Origin: Nitrospirota bacterium
GTDB lineage: Bacteria; Nitrospirota; UBA9217
Length of the DNA: 64,000 nt
Reading direction: 5' to 3'
Assembly (NCBI GenBank): GCA_963663225.1
Contig: OY760142.1
Coordinates: forward strand, 2,432,001-2,496,000
Positions 53,510 through 62,443 of the stretch are shown piece by piece (the stretch's first letter is position 1; each line of letters begins with the position of its first letter). The notes under the pieces are model-generated. The model was not told the DNA's origin. It ran no database searches and saw only the letters and a list, made by a program, of their open reading frames with translations. The position numbers and the translations under genes were made by a program.

Positions 53510-55330
53510 CTATTTTCTGATTTCTTCGAGTATATTTATATCGAGTTTGTTCATGCCAAAATAGTCTTTTTCAAGCTCCTCGACGTAAAACCGATCGAGG
53601 CCGCTGTTTACCAGAAAATCCTCCCGCACGCGATTATCCCGGGAGACAATAATATGAGGAAGCAGATTGTTGAGATAGAATGATTCTTTCCGGATATCAA
53701 GGATAATTTCCTCAAAAACGCTGTGCGGAACCGGCCGCTGGACGATGCCTTTTGCCTGGATTTCCCGGTTCAGGTCCTGAATGAAAATTTCCTGGTCTTC
53801 TTTCGAATTCAACTCCGCGTAAATGCTCTTAAAGCGGTCCTTGATGTAGCGGTGGATAGTAGTATAAAGTCTGTCGTCTTCATTGATTTTGCTGAGCGAT
53901 GAGGAAATATCCCGATAGGTGGTATCGCCGGCTTTGATCTGCAAAAGTCCCTGGAATAAACGCTCTACTTTTTTGCGGCCATAGCGGGTGAGGTATCGGT
54001 TTTCTCGAAGAGGATCGATGAACAGCTCTCGAAACAGATCCGCGTGAATCTCCTCAAATACGGCTTTATTGCCGGAAAGACTGCGGATGTTGTCATCACT
54101 CAGGGTTGCGTTCTCCATAAAAGCAAGGTTGTTGATCGTGCTTGCGGTGCTGTCATAACGGTCGAAGTAGGTGAGTATGGAACTCATTGATTCGAGTACG
54201 GACATGTCATTGGAGTCTCGCGCGTGTTCATCGCAGGCGCGGACGGTGTCGAGAAGAAGTCCCTCGAAGGCCTGATCGCGGTATGTAGTGGATTTTTGTT
54301 TGGCTTTTAACAGCTTAACCAGATCTTCCTGGGAAAGGTGTCCGCGTATTTTGTCATCCCTGAAGAACAATCCTTCCAGAATTGCACGCGTGTCCATTAC
54401 GTATTCAGGCTCTTCAACCTCAATGATTTGCATATCTTTCAGAAGAAGTTCGTCGAGCGTGTCGAACAAGTTATGCGGGATATTGAGTCGCAGGCTCAAG
54501 GTCCGCAGGCGAGACAGCTTTGCCAGTTCGGAAGGATTCACTTCGCCCTTTTCAGATACGGCAATGAGTATGTCTTTGTATTCATCGACAATTTTTTTGT
54601 TTTCCGGAAGCTTATACATGCCGTCGATTTTAATGCGCTCTTGCTGGTAGGGGATGATTTTATATTTGTTCGCAAGGTCATCCAGAATGGCATATGCTTC
54701 CGCTGAAAGTATTTTCTGTTCAGAATACAGTTTGTTAAAAGTATTAAAATATTCCTCGTTGTGTTTGTTCAGCAGACGAAAGAGAAAAACAAGAGCCCGG
54801 GGATCGTCCAGTATGTCAAATATTTCCCGGCACAGTTTCGTATCGTCTGCTGCGCCGACCATTGTGCTTCGCTTGAGCTGTTTGCCGATATTCTTGAGGA
54901 TGTCTCGTTGGATTTCCTTTATCTCGGCTGTTCGGGAGGAATGCACGAAAAAAAAATAGTTTGAAACCGCATGGCCGGTGAGAAAAACGTGATCAAACGA
55001 TTCCTGGCCCGCCGTATCGTTGGTAAAGGTAATGCTGTCGCTTTTGTCGTAGAAGGCGCCATACATGACAAGGCGGTTGGAAACGTCCTTCCGCAGGAGG
55101 TCCTTCAACGGGAGGTCGACGCCGAACATATACTCACACAGGCTGCCGCCTGTGCCTGTAAAACTGATGCCGCCTGTTGATATAATGAATTCGTTTCTGC
55201 CGGAGAAAAAACGGTCTCCGTCTGCAAGGGATTCATAGCAATACCTGCTGCTTAAATCTGCGCCCGTGATGGTGACGAAGTAATCAAGATTTTCAGCAGC
55301 ATTTCCATGCAGTTTTATTTCATGAATCAT
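53510..55330 (-). CDS. uncharacterised 606-aa soluble protein (resembles TIGR04442 family)
   Basis: Long clean ORF, IKLHG start, GGSLCEYMFG, YQQERIKID, NSGLDRFYVEELE; family call from recall only. Confidence 0.7.
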   Translation of the reverse strand: MIHEIKLHGNAAENLDYFVTITGADLSSRYCYESLADGDRFFSGRNEFIISTGGISFTGTGGSLCEYMFGVDLPLKDLLRKDVSNRLVMYGAFYDKSDSITFTNDTAGQESFDHVFLTGHAVSNYFFFVHSSRTAEIKEIQRDILKNIGKQLKRSTMVGAADDTKLCREIFDILDDPRALVFLFRLLNKHNEEYFNTFNKLYSEQKILSAEAYAILDDLANKYKIIPYQQERIKIDGMYKLPENKKIVDEYKDILIAVSEKGEVNPSELAKLSRLRTLSLRLNIPHNLFDTLDELLLKDMQIIEVEEPEYVMDTRAILEGLFFRDDKIRGHLSQEDLVKLLKAKQKSTTYRDQAFEGLLLDTVRACDEHARDSNDMSVLESMSSILTYFDRYDSTASTINNLAFMENATLSDDNIRSLSGNKAVFEEIHADLFRELFIDPLRENRYLTRYGRKKVERLFQGLLQIKAGDTTYRDISSSLSKINEDDRLYTTIHRYIKDRFKSIYAELNSKEDQEIFIQDLNREIQAKGIVQRPVPHSVFEEIILDIRKESFYLNNLLPHIIVSRDNRVREDFLVNSGLDRFYVEELEKDYFGMNKLDINILEEIRK

Positions 55331-55606
55331 AACAAAATATTATATCAGACCACCTTCTTTTTTCAAAATAAAAAATTTTTTTTATAACATGGCAATGTCT
55401 TCCTTTTTTTTAATCGTACTGAGAACAACGTGCGAATACTTATTCCCCTGAAATATCATACTTTGGTTATGAAGATAAACACGGACAAGCTGCATCGGGT
55501 TGTTCAAAGCAACGGGAAGAACCATAATGTTCTTGATAGCAGGAGGCAGAAATCGTATACTATAGCTGCGAAAAAATATCTGAAGGTACGGGCAAAATAA
55601 GCCGCT

Positions 55607-56158
55607 GTGATGCGAAAATCAACAAATTTTAAAAAAAATATTTTTTTGTACGCACTGCTTCTTGGCGCCGCGCTTTTTATTGTCTGTATGATTATGCTGG
55701 ACAAACAAGGCGTCAAAAAAGTAATTGTGGCCGGAGATCAGGCTCCCGAATTTCAGGGGACATTGCTGGACGGTCGCAAGATCGGATTATCTGACTTGCG
55801 GGGGAAGGTGGTGATGGTTCACTTTTGGGCTACCTGGTGTCCACCATGCGTAGAAGAGATGCCTGCTCTTGACAGGATGTACCGTCATTTTCAAAACAAG
55901 GATTTTGAACTGATCGCCGTAAACGTAGACGAAGGTGTGTCTGATGCCGTGCCTGCTTTCCTGAAAAACAATAAAATAACAATCCCTGTACTCCTGGATG
56001 CCCGCAAGAAAATTTCAGGACTCTACGGCACCTATAAACTTCCGGAAACATATATTGTAGACCGCAAAGGCATTGTTCGATACAAAGTCATTGGTCCGCG
56101 AAACTGGGAAAAAAATGAAAATATCAGAATAATTCAGTCTGCTCTCGATGGACAGTGA
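55607..56158 (+). CDS. TlpA/ResA-like thiol-disulfide oxidoreductase
   Basis: N-terminal TM, FWATWCPPC, LPETY. Confidence 0.92.
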   Translation: MMRKSTNFKKNIFLYALLLGAALFIVCMIMLDKQGVKKVIVAGDQAPEFQGTLLDGRKIGLSDLRGKVVMVHFWATWCPPCVEEMPALDRMYRHFQNKDFELIAVNVDEGVSDAVPAFLKNNKITIPVLLDARKKISGLYGTYKLPETYIVDRKGIVRYKVIGPRNWEKNENIRIIQSALDGQ

Positions 56159-56237
56159 ACTGGATGTCGTCTCTCTGCTTATTTTTTTGAAGGAGCTAAA
56201 CTTCTTACTGAACGCGTGAGAAGAGAATAAACACAAC

Positions 56238-57383
56238 ATGAAAAAGATTTTGTTTATTGGGCTGGGAACTTTGGTTCTTGCTGTATCGGCAGTTTTCTTC
56301 TGGGTTATGCACGTGCTTTCCGACCTTCCTGATGTTTCTTCCTTAAAACGATATCGTCCACCTGCTGCCGCCGAAGTGCTTGATAAGGATGGAAATCTTC
56401 TGACCCATTATTATGACGGTAAATTCCGATTGTGGGTACCGATTGCAAATGTGCCGAGCATTCTTATTCAAGCGGTGGTTACTGCCGAGGATGACACGTT
56501 TTTCGCACACAAGGGCGTGAACTATAAAGCAACATGGGATGCACTGCTCCATGATGTCGAAAAGCGGCGGTTTGCACGCGGTGGAAGCACCATTACTCAG
56601 CAGATGATAAAGAACGTTCTCCTGAGCAAAGAAAAAACAATCAGCCGCAAAATCAGGGAGTATGTTCTGGCAACAAAAGCGGAAAAGGTGCTGACGAAAC
56701 GCCAGATACTCGAAATTTATTTGAACGAGGTGGAATGGGGAGAGAATATTTACGGCGTTGAGGCCGCAAGCCGTTTCTATTTCGATAAACACGTCGGTGA
56801 AATTACGTCTGCCGAGGCTGCCCTTCTAGCCGGTATGCTTCCGAATCCCCGTTATTTCAACCCTTACAAGAGGTCGGAAAAAGCCAGAGACCGGCAGGAA
56901 CGCGTGCTGTTCAATATGCAGCAGGCAAAAATACTTACCCAGGAACAGTATACAGCCGCAATGGCTGAGCCTCTCACGCTGAGGAGGGAAGGTGCAAGCA
57001 GATTTTCTATTCCCACCCTGGGATATGGAGGCGGACGGCCCTGCTATGAACGTGCGCTGGAACAGGCGCTTCTAACGGTATTTGGCGACCATGTCGTGTA
57101 TAGAAGCGGGAAAACAGTGAGAACGACGCTGGACAAGGCTCTGCAGGCTGAATTGAACCGGGAAAAGGACGTCAAAGGGAACGGCATGCCGGAGGAAGTA
57201 CTGGTGGTGCGCCAGAATGGTTTCATACGGGCTTTTGTTTGCGGACTGGAAAAAGAGCAGGAAGTACGGGATGCCGCTACTTCCCATTGGTTCACGTTCC
57301 CTGGATATGAAGTGGGGCGCATTGACCTGTCCTCTGTCGAACGGGACGAAATTGTGCCTTCTGATCAGGAAAAGTCAAAATAG
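56238..57383 (+). CDS. GT51 peptidoglycan transglycosylase without transpeptidase domain
   Basis: EDDTFFAHKG, GGSTITQQ, RKIRE, LEIYLN; short C-terminal domain lacking SxxK. Confidence 0.88.
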   Translation: MKKILFIGLGTLVLAVSAVFFWVMHVLSDLPDVSSLKRYRPPAAAEVLDKDGNLLTHYYDGKFRLWVPIANVPSILIQAVVTAEDDTFFAHKGVNYKATWDALLHDVEKRRFARGGSTITQQMIKNVLLSKEKTISRKIREYVLATKAEKVLTKRQILEIYLNEVEWGENIYGVEAASRFYFDKHVGEITSAEAALLAGMLPNPRYFNPYKRSEKARDRQERVLFNMQQAKILTQEQYTAAMAEPLTLRREGASRFSIPTLGYGGGRPCYERALEQALLTVFGDHVVYRSGKTVRTTLDKALQAELNREKDVKGNGMPEEVLVVRQNGFIRAFVCGLEKEQEVRDAATSHWFTFPGYEVGRIDLSSVERDEIVPSDQEKSK

Positions 57384-57427
57384 CAAAAACCCCACCTTGC
57401 CGCGTCCTTTTTTTGCGTTGTGCAAGG

Positions 57428-58426
57428 CTAGAACTCGATATTCGGCCTGATAATGAATTGGAAGTTGTCCTTGCCTGTTGCAAGCGATCCTGTATATTTT
57501 TTTGAGGAATCCCAGACAAAACCGACAGCCAGCGCAAGAGCGATCCGCCAGCTTTCAAACGGCCATTTTTTATCTACCGTAAGATAATGCTGGATGGCGC
57601 TGAATGTACGGCGATCCATGGAGTACGTATATTCAATCCCGCTGTTGTTCAGCAGAAATGATCCCTCAGACTTATAATCAACCCTGCTTCTCCGGAACGA
57701 AAGATACAGCACATCAGTAATGTTCGGGTTGCCATGTTCTTTAGCTCCGATGCGAAAGCTCCAATTCAATTTTTTGACCGGTGATTTTCGGTCTCCTTTT
57801 ATTTTCCACTCAATTTCCCACCAGTCGTCCTGAATCAGACGGTTATCTTTTATATGGAAGTTGCCGTAACTGATAAGATATCCGCTGTAACCGAGTCCCT
57901 TGGTGTCCTGAAGCCCGGGAACGGCAAAGTTAGCAACATTTCCGAAAAGAACTGAAAAGGCATACGGCTCCTCAAATCCAGCGGTAATGGTTTTGATCCA
58001 GTTAAAATTATCGGACACTTGGGCGTCCTGGTAAAATCGTTTCCAGTGGGACCTGATATATGTTCCGAAATATGGCAGCGGATTGACGCTTGCCTCCAGC
58101 ACAATGAATTGCGGAAGAACAGCCGCTCGGGAGAACAGTGCTCCATAAATTTCTGCTTCAGTCTTTTCTCCGAGGTCGGGAATAGGTTTTTGGGTAAGAG
58201 CGATTATAAAGTCAAGGTCGGTGTAATAGGCATCCGGTTCAAAGACGAGTTGAAATCGTTTAAACTCTGTTTGGGGAGGGTCTGTTGCCGGTTTGCTTTC
58301 TCCTGTGCCCGGCTGGTCGCCAAAAGCAGGCACTGATATTGCGGACAGCACAATGGCAAAAGAAAGAACGGCGAACCAGGCAGAACGTGATCGGCGCTTT
58401 CTGGCAAGAGCGATGCGTGCGGGCAT
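57428..58426 (-). CDS. hypothetical exported protein, probable outer-membrane beta-barrel
   Basis: Signal peptide (ISVPAFG), aromatic-rich alternating strands, C-terminal Phe (RPNIEF); start at ATG 58426. Confidence 0.65.
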   Translation of the reverse strand: MPARIALARKRRSRSAWFAVLSFAIVLSAISVPAFGDQPGTGESKPATDPPQTEFKRFQLVFEPDAYYTDLDFIIALTQKPIPDLGEKTEAEIYGALFSRAAVLPQFIVLEASVNPLPYFGTYIRSHWKRFYQDAQVSDNFNWIKTITAGFEEPYAFSVLFGNVANFAVPGLQDTKGLGYSGYLISYGNFHIKDNRLIQDDWWEIEWKIKGDRKSPVKKLNWSFRIGAKEHGNPNITDVLYLSFRRSRVDYKSEGSFLLNNSGIEYTYSMDRRTFSAIQHYLTVDKKWPFESWRIALALAVGFVWDSSKKYTGSLATGKDNFQFIIRPNIEF

Positions 58427-58581
58427 GGACGGAGCATAGCACAGAGAAAAAAAGAAGGGAAGTCCTAAATAATTGGAATCAGCAGCAACAGAAATTAAGC
58501 TGTAATAATCAGCGCGTTCGGGGAAACAGGAGAACCGCTGAAAGAAAACTACATTAAACGAGTTTGCAGCACAACCCGTTG

Positions 58582-61500
58582 TTATACCAGCGCTTCTTCG
58601 CGTAGCTTGACGGAAACCACCCGCGAGCATCCCGGTTCTTCCATCGTAATGCCGTAGAGCGCATCGGCCATTTCCATGGTGCGTTTGTTATGCGTGATGG
58701 TAATGAACTGTGAGCGGTTGCTCATTTCACGGATAAGCCGGGTAAAGCGCGTTACATTGGCTTCGTCAAGCGGTGCATCCACTTCATCAAGCATACAGAA
58801 GGGGCTTGGTTTGACCAGGAAGGCTGCGAAGAGCAGGGCAATCGCCGTGAGGGCGCGTTCGCCGCCGGACAGGAGAGATATGGCCTGAAATTTCTTCCCT
58901 CGCGGCTGCGCGATAATTTCAATACCGGACTCAAGAACATCAGTTTCATCGAGCAGGACGAGTTCCGCCTTGCCTCCTTCAAAGAGGAGCGAGAAGACCT
59001 CTTTGAACTTTTCCTGGATGGCGTTAAACGCCTCGACGAAAAGCTCTTTGGTTTCTCCGTCAAGCTTTGCGATGGTTGCTTTCAGGTTGTTGATGGATTC
59101 GTTGATATCGTTCTGCTGCGCCGAAAGAAGGTCATACCGCTCTTTCAGCTCATTATACTCCTGAAGAGCGTCCACATTGATCGGTCCCATTTGATCAATC
59201 TTATCCCGCAGCTCGGTGAGCCGCAGCGCGGATTCTTCCATGTTGATTTCAAACTGGCCAAGCTCCTGAACAATGGATTCGAGCTCAACGTGATAGGATG
59301 TCCATATCCTGTCCTTCAGATGCTCAATTTTCATGCGGAGTTCAGTGCGTCTGACCTCGCACGCCGTGAGCTGCTTCTGGGCGGTCTCGATATCATTCCT
59401 GCTGTGGCGTGCCTGTTCTTCCGCTGCCTGGAGCGCCTGCGTCTTTACAGTATGAGCCTCTTGTTTGGCATTGTAGACACCGCGTTGTGCTTCAAGCGCT
59501 GTGATATGCTCCTTGATAGCAACTTCTGCTTCGCCGATGGAAGATTCATGTTCAAGGATTTTTGATGCAATGCCTTCAATCTCGGCTTCACGCCTGGCAA
59601 GGCGCTCGGTCATGTCTGATTCGGTGCTTACGAGCGAGGAAAGATTGCGGGCAACGGCAGCGCATTTTTCCTGCAGCGCAGCGAGCCCCATTCTGATGTC
59701 GGTTATTTCGGCGCGTGCGGCCTCGAGATATTCTTTCTGCTGGGCTATTTCCACCTGGACTGCTTCAATGCTGGCCTGAGCGTTCGAGTGCCCAGTCTCG
59801 AGATTTTTAAGCAATTCGCTTGCCTGCTCAACGCCGGCGTTTAAATCACGACGCAGCAGGTCGCGCTCCGCAGATGCGGTTTCGAGTGCAGCGGCGTGGT
59901 TGTTTGTTCTGGTGATCTCATCGCTGACGGCAGAGCAGTCTTTATTTTTGTTCACCCCGTCTATTTCCAGGCTGTGAATCAACTGAGAAAGGTCTGTTTC
60001 CTGAATTTGGTCGGCTTCTATAGCGTCTTCGACGGATTTTAATTCCGATTCGAGACCGATGGTAACGGTTTTGAGCTCCGCGACTTCATGCTCCAGGTCT
60101 TTTATCTCGCGCCGTTTGGTCAGCATCCCGGTACCGCCTGCTTCGACGGTGCCGCCTGTTACAGCGCCCCAGGGGTCTACTATTTCTCCGGCAAGAGTCA
60201 CGATGGTTTTGTGGATGCCGTTTTTGTTCCAAAGGGCAAGGGCCGTGTCCATGGTGTCCACGACCACAACGTCGCCCAGGAGATATTCTGCAACATGGCT
60301 GTAATTGTCGCTATACCGCACGATATTCAGGGCAGTGCCGATGACGCCGGCGTTGCCGTTTTTTACGTACGGTTCGGTTTTTATTTCCCGCGGTGTTTTC
60401 GGCACGAAGGTGCTTCTTCCCCCGCCCTGCGCCTTAAGATAGCTGATTGCCTTGAGCGAATCATTTTGTGAATCCACTACGACGTACTGAAGGCGGTCGC
60501 CGAGCACAGCTTCTATGGCGAGTTCGTACTGGGGATCGGTTTCGATCATGTCGGCAACCAGACCGTGAATCCGCCCGAATCGGTTTTCCGCTGACGCTTC
60601 TTTCTGTGCCGACATGACAGTGCGAACACCTTTTTGATAGCCTTCAAGTTTTTGTTCCAACTCAAGCAATGACCGGAGGCGAGAACTCTGGCCCGCAAGC
60701 GCATTGCGTGCCGCCCCAAGATCGGCTTCAATGGTCTTTTTTCTTCCCATGGACTCCTCAAGACGGGCGCGCAGTGCTGAGCGCTCTTCCTGGGCTGCGT
60801 TCCGGCGGCTTGCGAGGGTGGCAAGTTCCTGCTCTTTCGCAGCGAGGAGCGCAGACAGCTCGGACAGTTTTGCTGCAATCTCCTGTTTTTCCCGGATGTC
60901 CCGTTCGTCTTGCTCGCTGAGCTGGGTCAGGCGGGATTGGAGATTGGCGATTTTTGCCTTTTCCGCCGCTGATTCATTCAGGGCGTTGAGGATGCCAGTC
61001 CTTGTTTCTTCGAGAAGAAGCTCTTTTTCTTTGAGCGCCTGTGTCAGGATTTCAAGAGAGGCTGTTTTTTCATTCAGCAAAGAGCTCTTTTCCTGAATTG
61101 CCGCTTCCAACTCGCGGGTTTCATCCCCGTGCTGCGTTTTTTGCTCGGTTATGCGGGATAGCTCCTGCCGCAGGTACGTTATGTCGGCAAGGTCGCGGTT
61201 GCGCTGTTCGTTCAGGGAGGCAATCTGGCTCTTCGATATTTCGACGCGGTGTTCGGACCGGTTTAGTGCCGACTCGGTTTCGTGAATTTTATGCTGGAGG
61301 GCCGTAAGCTCGTGTTCGGCGGAAAGGGCGTCCGCACGGGATTCTTCCATTGCTGCTTCAATTTTGCTGAGAGCCGTATGCAGTTCCGTAACTTCATCCT
61401 CGAGTTTTTTGAATTCCCGGCTCACTGCGACCCAGTCCTGTCCAAGGTTGGAATACTCGACGGCTGCGAGCCGATGATCCAGATCTTTCATTTCTGCCCG

Positions 61501-62163
61501 AAATTTCTGATAGCGCTCGGCTTTTTTGGCTTGGCGGTCGAGTGAATTGACCTGCCGCTTCACCTCGGTAATAATATCGTTTATCCGGAGTTGGTTCTGC
61601 TGGGTGGACTCCAGTTTTGAGAGTGCTTCCTGCCTCCTGGCCTTGTATTTCATGACGCCTGCTGTCTCCTCGAACAGGAAACGGCGGTCCTGGGGCTTGG
61701 AGGAAAGAATCTGATCAACGCGCCCCTGCTCGATGATTGCATGAATCTTGGCGCCCACTCCGGCGTCCATCATGAGGTCGCGGATATCTTTGAGGCGGCA
61801 GGGAATTTTATTGATAAGATATTCGCTCTCACCGGAGCGAAAAAGTCTGCGGGTGATCTCGATTTCGCTGTACTGCCCGAAACCCGACGGCAATGATCCT
61901 GCGACATCCGTGAGCGTAAGGGTGACCTCAGCCATGCCGAGGGGCTTTCTGCTCTCGCTTCCGTTAAAGATGACATCTTCCATTTTATCGCCGCGGATGT
62001 GTTTTGCGCTTTGTTCTCCCAGCACCCAGCGAATGGCATCGGAAATATTACTTTTCCCGCATCCGTTCGGCCCTACAACCGCGGTAATTCCCGGCTGGAA
62101 CTTTACGGTGGTTTTGTCAGAAAAGGATTTAAAACCGATCATTTCAAGTGTTTTGAGCTGCAT
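58582..62163 (-). CDS. smc: chromosome segregation protein SMC
   Basis: GFKSF, GPNGCGKSN, coiled coils, hinge, LSGGE, LDEVDAPLD; SD AGGAG ahead of ATG 62163. Confidence 0.97.
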   Translation of the reverse strand: MQLKTLEMIGFKSFSDKTTVKFQPGITAVVGPNGCGKSNISDAIRWVLGEQSAKHIRGDKMEDVIFNGSESRKPLGMAEVTLTLTDVAGSLPSGFGQYSEIEITRRLFRSGESEYLINKIPCRLKDIRDLMMDAGVGAKIHAIIEQGRVDQILSSKPQDRRFLFEETAGVMKYKARRQEALSKLESTQQNQLRINDIITEVKRQVNSLDRQAKKAERYQKFRAEMKDLDHRLAAVEYSNLGQDWVAVSREFKKLEDEVTELHTALSKIEAAMEESRADALSAEHELTALQHKIHETESALNRSEHRVEISKSQIASLNEQRNRDLADITYLRQELSRITEQKTQHGDETRELEAAIQEKSSLLNEKTASLEILTQALKEKELLLEETRTGILNALNESAAEKAKIANLQSRLTQLSEQDERDIREKQEIAAKLSELSALLAAKEQELATLASRRNAAQEERSALRARLEESMGRKKTIEADLGAARNALAGQSSRLRSLLELEQKLEGYQKGVRTVMSAQKEASAENRFGRIHGLVADMIETDPQYELAIEAVLGDRLQYVVVDSQNDSLKAISYLKAQGGGRSTFVPKTPREIKTEPYVKNGNAGVIGTALNIVRYSDNYSHVAEYLLGDVVVVDTMDTALALWNKNGIHKTIVTLAGEIVDPWGAVTGGTVEAGGTGMLTKRREIKDLEHEVAELKTVTIGLESELKSVEDAIEADQIQETDLSQLIHSLEIDGVNKNKDCSAVSDEITRTNNHAAALETASAERDLLRRDLNAGVEQASELLKNLETGHSNAQASIEAVQVEIAQQKEYLEAARAEITDIRMGLAALQEKCAAVARNLSSLVSTESDMTERLARREAEIEGIASKILEHESSIGEAEVAIKEHITALEAQRGVYNAKQEAHTVKTQALQAAEEQARHSRNDIETAQKQLTACEVRRTELRMKIEHLKDRIWTSYHVELESIVQELGQFEINMEESALRLTELRDKIDQMGPINVDALQEYNELKERYDLLSAQQNDINESINNLKATIAKLDGETKELFVEAFNAIQEKFKEVFSLLFEGGKAELVLLDETDVLESGIEIIAQPRGKKFQAISLLSGGERALTAIALLFAAFLVKPSPFCMLDEVDAPLDEANVTRFTRLIREMSNRSQFITITHNKRTMEMADALYGITMEEPGCSRVVSVKLREEALV

Positions 62164-62420
62164 AGATCTCCTTGGCAAAACATAGACAAGCGAATTTTCA
62201 CCCGGTCATTCCAGGTTTTTGTGAAAAAAGAGCATTTATAATCTATAAATCCTAATATCCCCCGTAGAAACCCATGGGGAAGGCAAACTATTTTACAAAA
62301 ATCGCAAAGTAGCGCTGGATGGTGAGTGCCGAAGTGATATTGTTAACAGCGTTTATATCATAAGCCGATGGGTTTGTAAAGCGAAAAATAACAAGGTGAA
62401 GTATTTGTTTTTTCAGGGCA

Positions 62421-62436
62421 TACAACATATTGTGGT
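62421..62436 (-). promoter_or_regulatory. candidate NrdR-box upstream of smc
   Basis: Minus strand ACCACAATATGTTGTA fits the consensus acaCwAtATaTwGtg; only one clear box. Confidence 0.45.
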
Positions 62437-62443
62437 TTTGTGG

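Noticed and set aside
62281-62334. c-di-GMP-I riboswitch-like words GGCAAA...CGCAAA...GCCGAA
   Set aside because: No GNRA-capped P2, no tetraloop receptor, and it is on the strand opposite both flanking genes
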